Below are positions 61,488 to 64,000 of a stretch of DNA of 64,000 bases, piece after piece; the stretch's first letter is position 1; each line of letters opens with the position of its first letter. The stretch covers positions 32,681 through 96,680 of the IMG/VR virus record IMGVR_UViG_3300022906_000002; one strand, written 5' to 3'. This DNA is from a virus. Lineage: Duplodnaviria; Caudoviricetes. The notes beneath the pieces were generated by a model. The model was not told where the DNA came from and did not search any database. It was given only the letters and a program-made list of their open reading frames with translations. Made by a program: the position numbers and the translations under genes.

Positions 61488-61988
61488 ATGGCGCTCTACG
61501 AAGATACGACCTACAACGGAGTTGTCGAAGGGCCGGGCAGGTGGATCGAGAGCGGCAAAGGAACGATCGGATTCGCGATTTCCATCCGCGCGGACACCAA
61601 TGACCTGACTGACTTTGTGATCTGGCTGACGAAGAAAACGGCGGATCGAGCCCTTGAGACGTTCGATATTTTCGGCGTCACCGCTGCGGACCTTGCGAAC
61701 GCCAGCTACGCCGAGAACCACCTGCCGGGCTTCGTCGAAGGCAAGCCGCTGTCTTTTCGCATGAAGTGGGAAGAGTACAAGGATCAGCGGAAGCTTAAGG
61801 TGTCGTTCATCAACAAGGTGCGCGATTCGGTCGCCGAGGGCTCGACCGGAGCGGCGGCGGCCAAGTTCTTCCGCAAGGCCACGGGGCTGGATACAGCGTC
61901 CGAGCGCGCGGACGGTGCGACGGTCGGTCTCGTCGGCGGGCCACCGGACGACGGAGCGCCTCCGTACGATGACGATATTCCGTTTTAG
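61488..61988 (+). CDS. SSB-like protein
   Basis: Follows the Sak4-like gene; acidic tail DDDIPF. Confidence 0.8.
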   Translation: MALYEDTTYNGVVEGPGRWIESGKGTIGFAISIRADTNDLTDFVIWLTKKTADRALETFDIFGVTAADLANASYAENHLPGFVEGKPLSFRMKWEEYKDQRKLKVSFINKVRDSVAEGSTGAAAAKFFRKATGLDTASERADGATVGLVGGPPDDGAPPYDDDIPF

Positions 61989-62131
61989 CTTGACTTAAAG
62001 TAAAGGCTCGCAATGAATTCCTCTCGCGAGCCCCTTTTACTGCCGCCCTGACACTCCGGCCGCGTCGCCCATTCCGGGCGGGGCATACCAGGCGTCGAAG
62101 CGTCGGGGTGGCAGTAAAGGGAGGGACGAAC

Positions 62132-62452
62132 ATGTCGAAGGTAAATCGTCATGGCGCGGGGCGACCATTTCAAGTGCGGCGAGTGCCATACCCTTCGCGG
62201 GAGGAAACCGTGAGTCGCGCGAAGAAATGGCCCGCTCGCGACATGATCGTCAAAGTTCAGATTCCGATCGGCGGAGATGATCATGGGCAATTCCTGGTGT
62301 ACGACGAGGCGCGGACGATCTACCAGGAGATGCCGATGCCGGACGAACTGCGCAAAATGATGGGCGGCGAGGCGAAGGCGTTTTTTCATGCGCACGTCTC
62401 GGCCGTGGGATTCTTGACGATTGCGCGGAGGGCGAGATGGCAGGATTGGTGA
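62132..62452 (+). CDS. hypothetical protein
   Basis: GGGAGGG RBS; MIVKVQIPI...LVYDEAR...KAFFHA...QDW. Confidence 0.6.
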   Translation: MSKVNRHGAGRPFQVRRVPYPSREETVSRAKKWPARDMIVKVQIPIGGDDHGQFLVYDEARTIYQEMPMPDELRKMMGGEAKAFFHAHVSAVGFLTIARRARWQDW

Positions 62453-62462
62453 CGGATCGCCC

Positions 62463-62492
62463 TTGACGCCTCCCGCTACCTTCTGCTATCTT
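62463..62492 (+). promoter_or_regulatory. promoter for the RHH-helicase operon
   Basis: TTGACG-18-TATCTT with extended TG; ATG 7 nt downstream. Confidence 0.65.
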
Positions 62493-62499
62493 TCCGCGC

Positions 62500-62655
62500 A
62501 TGGAACCCGAAGTCATCGTAACCGTCCGCGTCCCCTTGTCTCTGCGTCGCCAATTCCAGCGTCGACTCAAGCCCGACCGCAAGGCTTCTCCGCTCATTCA
62601 GTCTTGGATCGAGAACTGGCTGGCAACCGGCGACCCGGGGAAGGCGAAAAAATGA
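62500..62655 (+). CDS. Arc/RHH-like regulator
   Basis: MEPEVIVTVRVPLSLRRQFQRRLKPDRKASPLIQSWIENWL (51 aa). Confidence 0.65.
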   Translation: MEPEVIVTVRVPLSLRRQFQRRLKPDRKASPLIQSWIENWLATGDPGKAKK

Positions 62656-64000
62656 GCGGCTACGCCGAGTTCATTCGCCGTAAGTCGCAACTCGGAAGCG
62701 AGGGAGGGTTCGCCCCGATCTGGATTCCGAGCGAGATGTTCGACTTCCAGGCGCACCTAACCGAGTGGGCAATTCGGATGGGCCGGTCGGCCACGCTGGC
62801 CGACTGTGGTCTCGGAAAATCGTATTGCCAGCTCGTCTTTGCCGAGAACGTCGTGCGGTACACGAACAAACCGGCACTGATCTTTACGCCGCTCGCCGTT
62901 TCACAGCAAACCGTCCGAGAGGGCGAGAAGTTCGGTATCGAGGTGACGCGGACGCGCGGCGGAGATCTGAAGCCCGGCGCGCGGATCTATGTCACGAACT
63001 ACGAACAGATTCAGCACTACAACCCAGCCGACTTCTCGGCCGTTCTGTGCGACGAATCGAGTTGCCTGAAGGGTTTTAACGGCAGGCGTCGCGCGCAGGT
63101 GACGGAGTTTTTGCGCGAGGTTAAGTATCGTGCACTCTACACGGCGACTGCTGCGCCAAACGACTACACCGAACTCGGCACCGCGAGCGAGGCCCTGGGG
63201 GACCTTGGCCTAGTGGACATGCTCGGCCGGTACTTCCGCAACGATCAAAACAACATCGGCACCGGCCGACAGTGGGGCGTTCACGGAGGAGGTGCGGCGA
63301 AGTGGCGTTTCAAGGGGCATGCCGAAGTACCCTTCTGGAAATGGGTCTGTTCGTGGGCTCGCGCCTGTCGTAAGCCGTCGGATCTCGGATTTTCCGACGA
63401 AGGGTTCGACCTCCCGCCCTTGATCGAGCGCGAGCACGTGGTAGAGGCCCGAACGCTGCCCGACGGATACCTGTTCGCTGTACCTGCCTCGAACATGCAA
63501 GAGGAGGGCGAAGAGCGGCGGCGAACGATTCGGGAACGATGCGAGAAGGCGGCCGAGCTGGTCGCCCATAATCGCCCCGCCGTGGTTTGGTGCCATCTGA
63601 ACCCCGAAGGCGATCTCCTGGAAAGATTGATCCCCGGCTCTCGGCAAGTGAAGGGCTCCCAGGGCGACGAAGAGCGCGAAGAGATCTACGAGGCGTTTGC
63701 CTCCGGATCTTTGCGCGTCCTGATTTGCAAGCCTAAGATAGGTGCCTGGGGCTTGAACTGGCAGTTTTGCTCGGACGTAGTTTCTTTCGCATCCCATAGC
63801 TACGAGCAAAAGTATCAAGCGACGCGAAGATGCTGGCGGTTTGGACAGAAGAACCCGGTCACCGTGGACCTGATCGCCACCGAAGGCGAAGCGGGGTCCA
63901 TGGAGAACCTTCGTCGCAAGAGCATCGCCGCCGATCGAATGTTCACCGAGCTTGTAGCCCACATGAACGACGCGATGCGCCGCGCGCCCGGAGCGGCATA
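62652..64000 (+). CDS. SNF2-like SF2 helicase (runs off window end; absent from ORF track)
   Basis: ADCGLGKS, TPLAV, TNYE, CDESS, TATAAPND, GAWGLNWQ, QATRRCWRFGQ. Confidence 0.92.
   Translation, partial: MSGYAEFIRRKSQLGSEGGFAPIWIPSEMFDFQAHLTEWAIRMGRSATLADCGLGKSYCQLVFAENVVRYTNKPALIFTPLAVSQQTVREGEKFGIEVTRTRGGDLKPGARIYVTNYEQIQHYNPADFSAVLCDESSCLKGFNGRRRAQVTEFLREVKYRALYTATAAPNDYTELGTASEALGDLGLVDMLGRYFRNDQNNIGTGRQWGVHGGGAAKWRFKGHAEVPFWKWVCSWARACRKPSDLGFSDEGFDLPPLIEREHVVEARTLPDGYLFAVPASNMQEEGEERRRTIRERCEKAAELVAHNRPAVVWCHLNPEGDLLERLIPGSRQVKGSQGDEEREEIYEAFASGSLRVLICKPKIGAWGLNWQFCSDVVSFASHSYEQKYQATRRCWRFGQKNPVTVDLIATEGEAGSMENLRRKSIAADRMFTELVAHMNDAMRRAPGAA

Noticed and set aside
1-64000. tRNA genes or CRISPR arrays
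   Set aside because: GGTTCGA hits checked lie inside CDSs without cloverleafs; no regularly spaced repeats seen by eye

Overview
High-GC tailed-phage (siphovirus-like) genome segment. No terminase, portal, integrase, tRNA, rRNA or CRISPR array is visible. 1012-17951 (+) is a compact head-tail module: S49 protease with a nested scaffold, decoration protein, major capsid, head-tail proteins, tail tube, a 1525-aa tape measure and tail-tip proteins; no tail chaperone precedes the tape measure. 18000-60400 is about 42 kb of short, tightly overlapping accessory genes in alternating operons. These are driven by sigma70-like divergent promoters with palindromic operators and at least six small ribbon-helix-helix-like regulators. 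Recognisable accessory genes: TM-coiled-coil-PAS protein, patatin phospholipase, HicB-like protein, RuvC-less TnpB derivative, ParB/DGQHR protein, InsA-like Zn-ribbon protein, DUF3310, DUF1643, HNH-RNA ligase fusion, DUF4326, GH19 endolysin, DUF5662, HAD phosphatase, Fic, RusA, Cys-rich lipoprotein, HD hydrolase and NUMOD4-HNH. 60498-64000 is a recombination/replication module (Sak4-like ATPase, SSB-like protein, SNF2-like helicase running off the end). The best novelty candidate is at 29000-31612. There, an operon ends in a TnpB N-terminal half whose nuclease half is replaced by a WDNPDDARYD segment resembling MazF-antitoxin tails, followed by a structured non-coding region with two related small-RNA-like units. 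All family calls come from motif recognition by eye; no searches were run.
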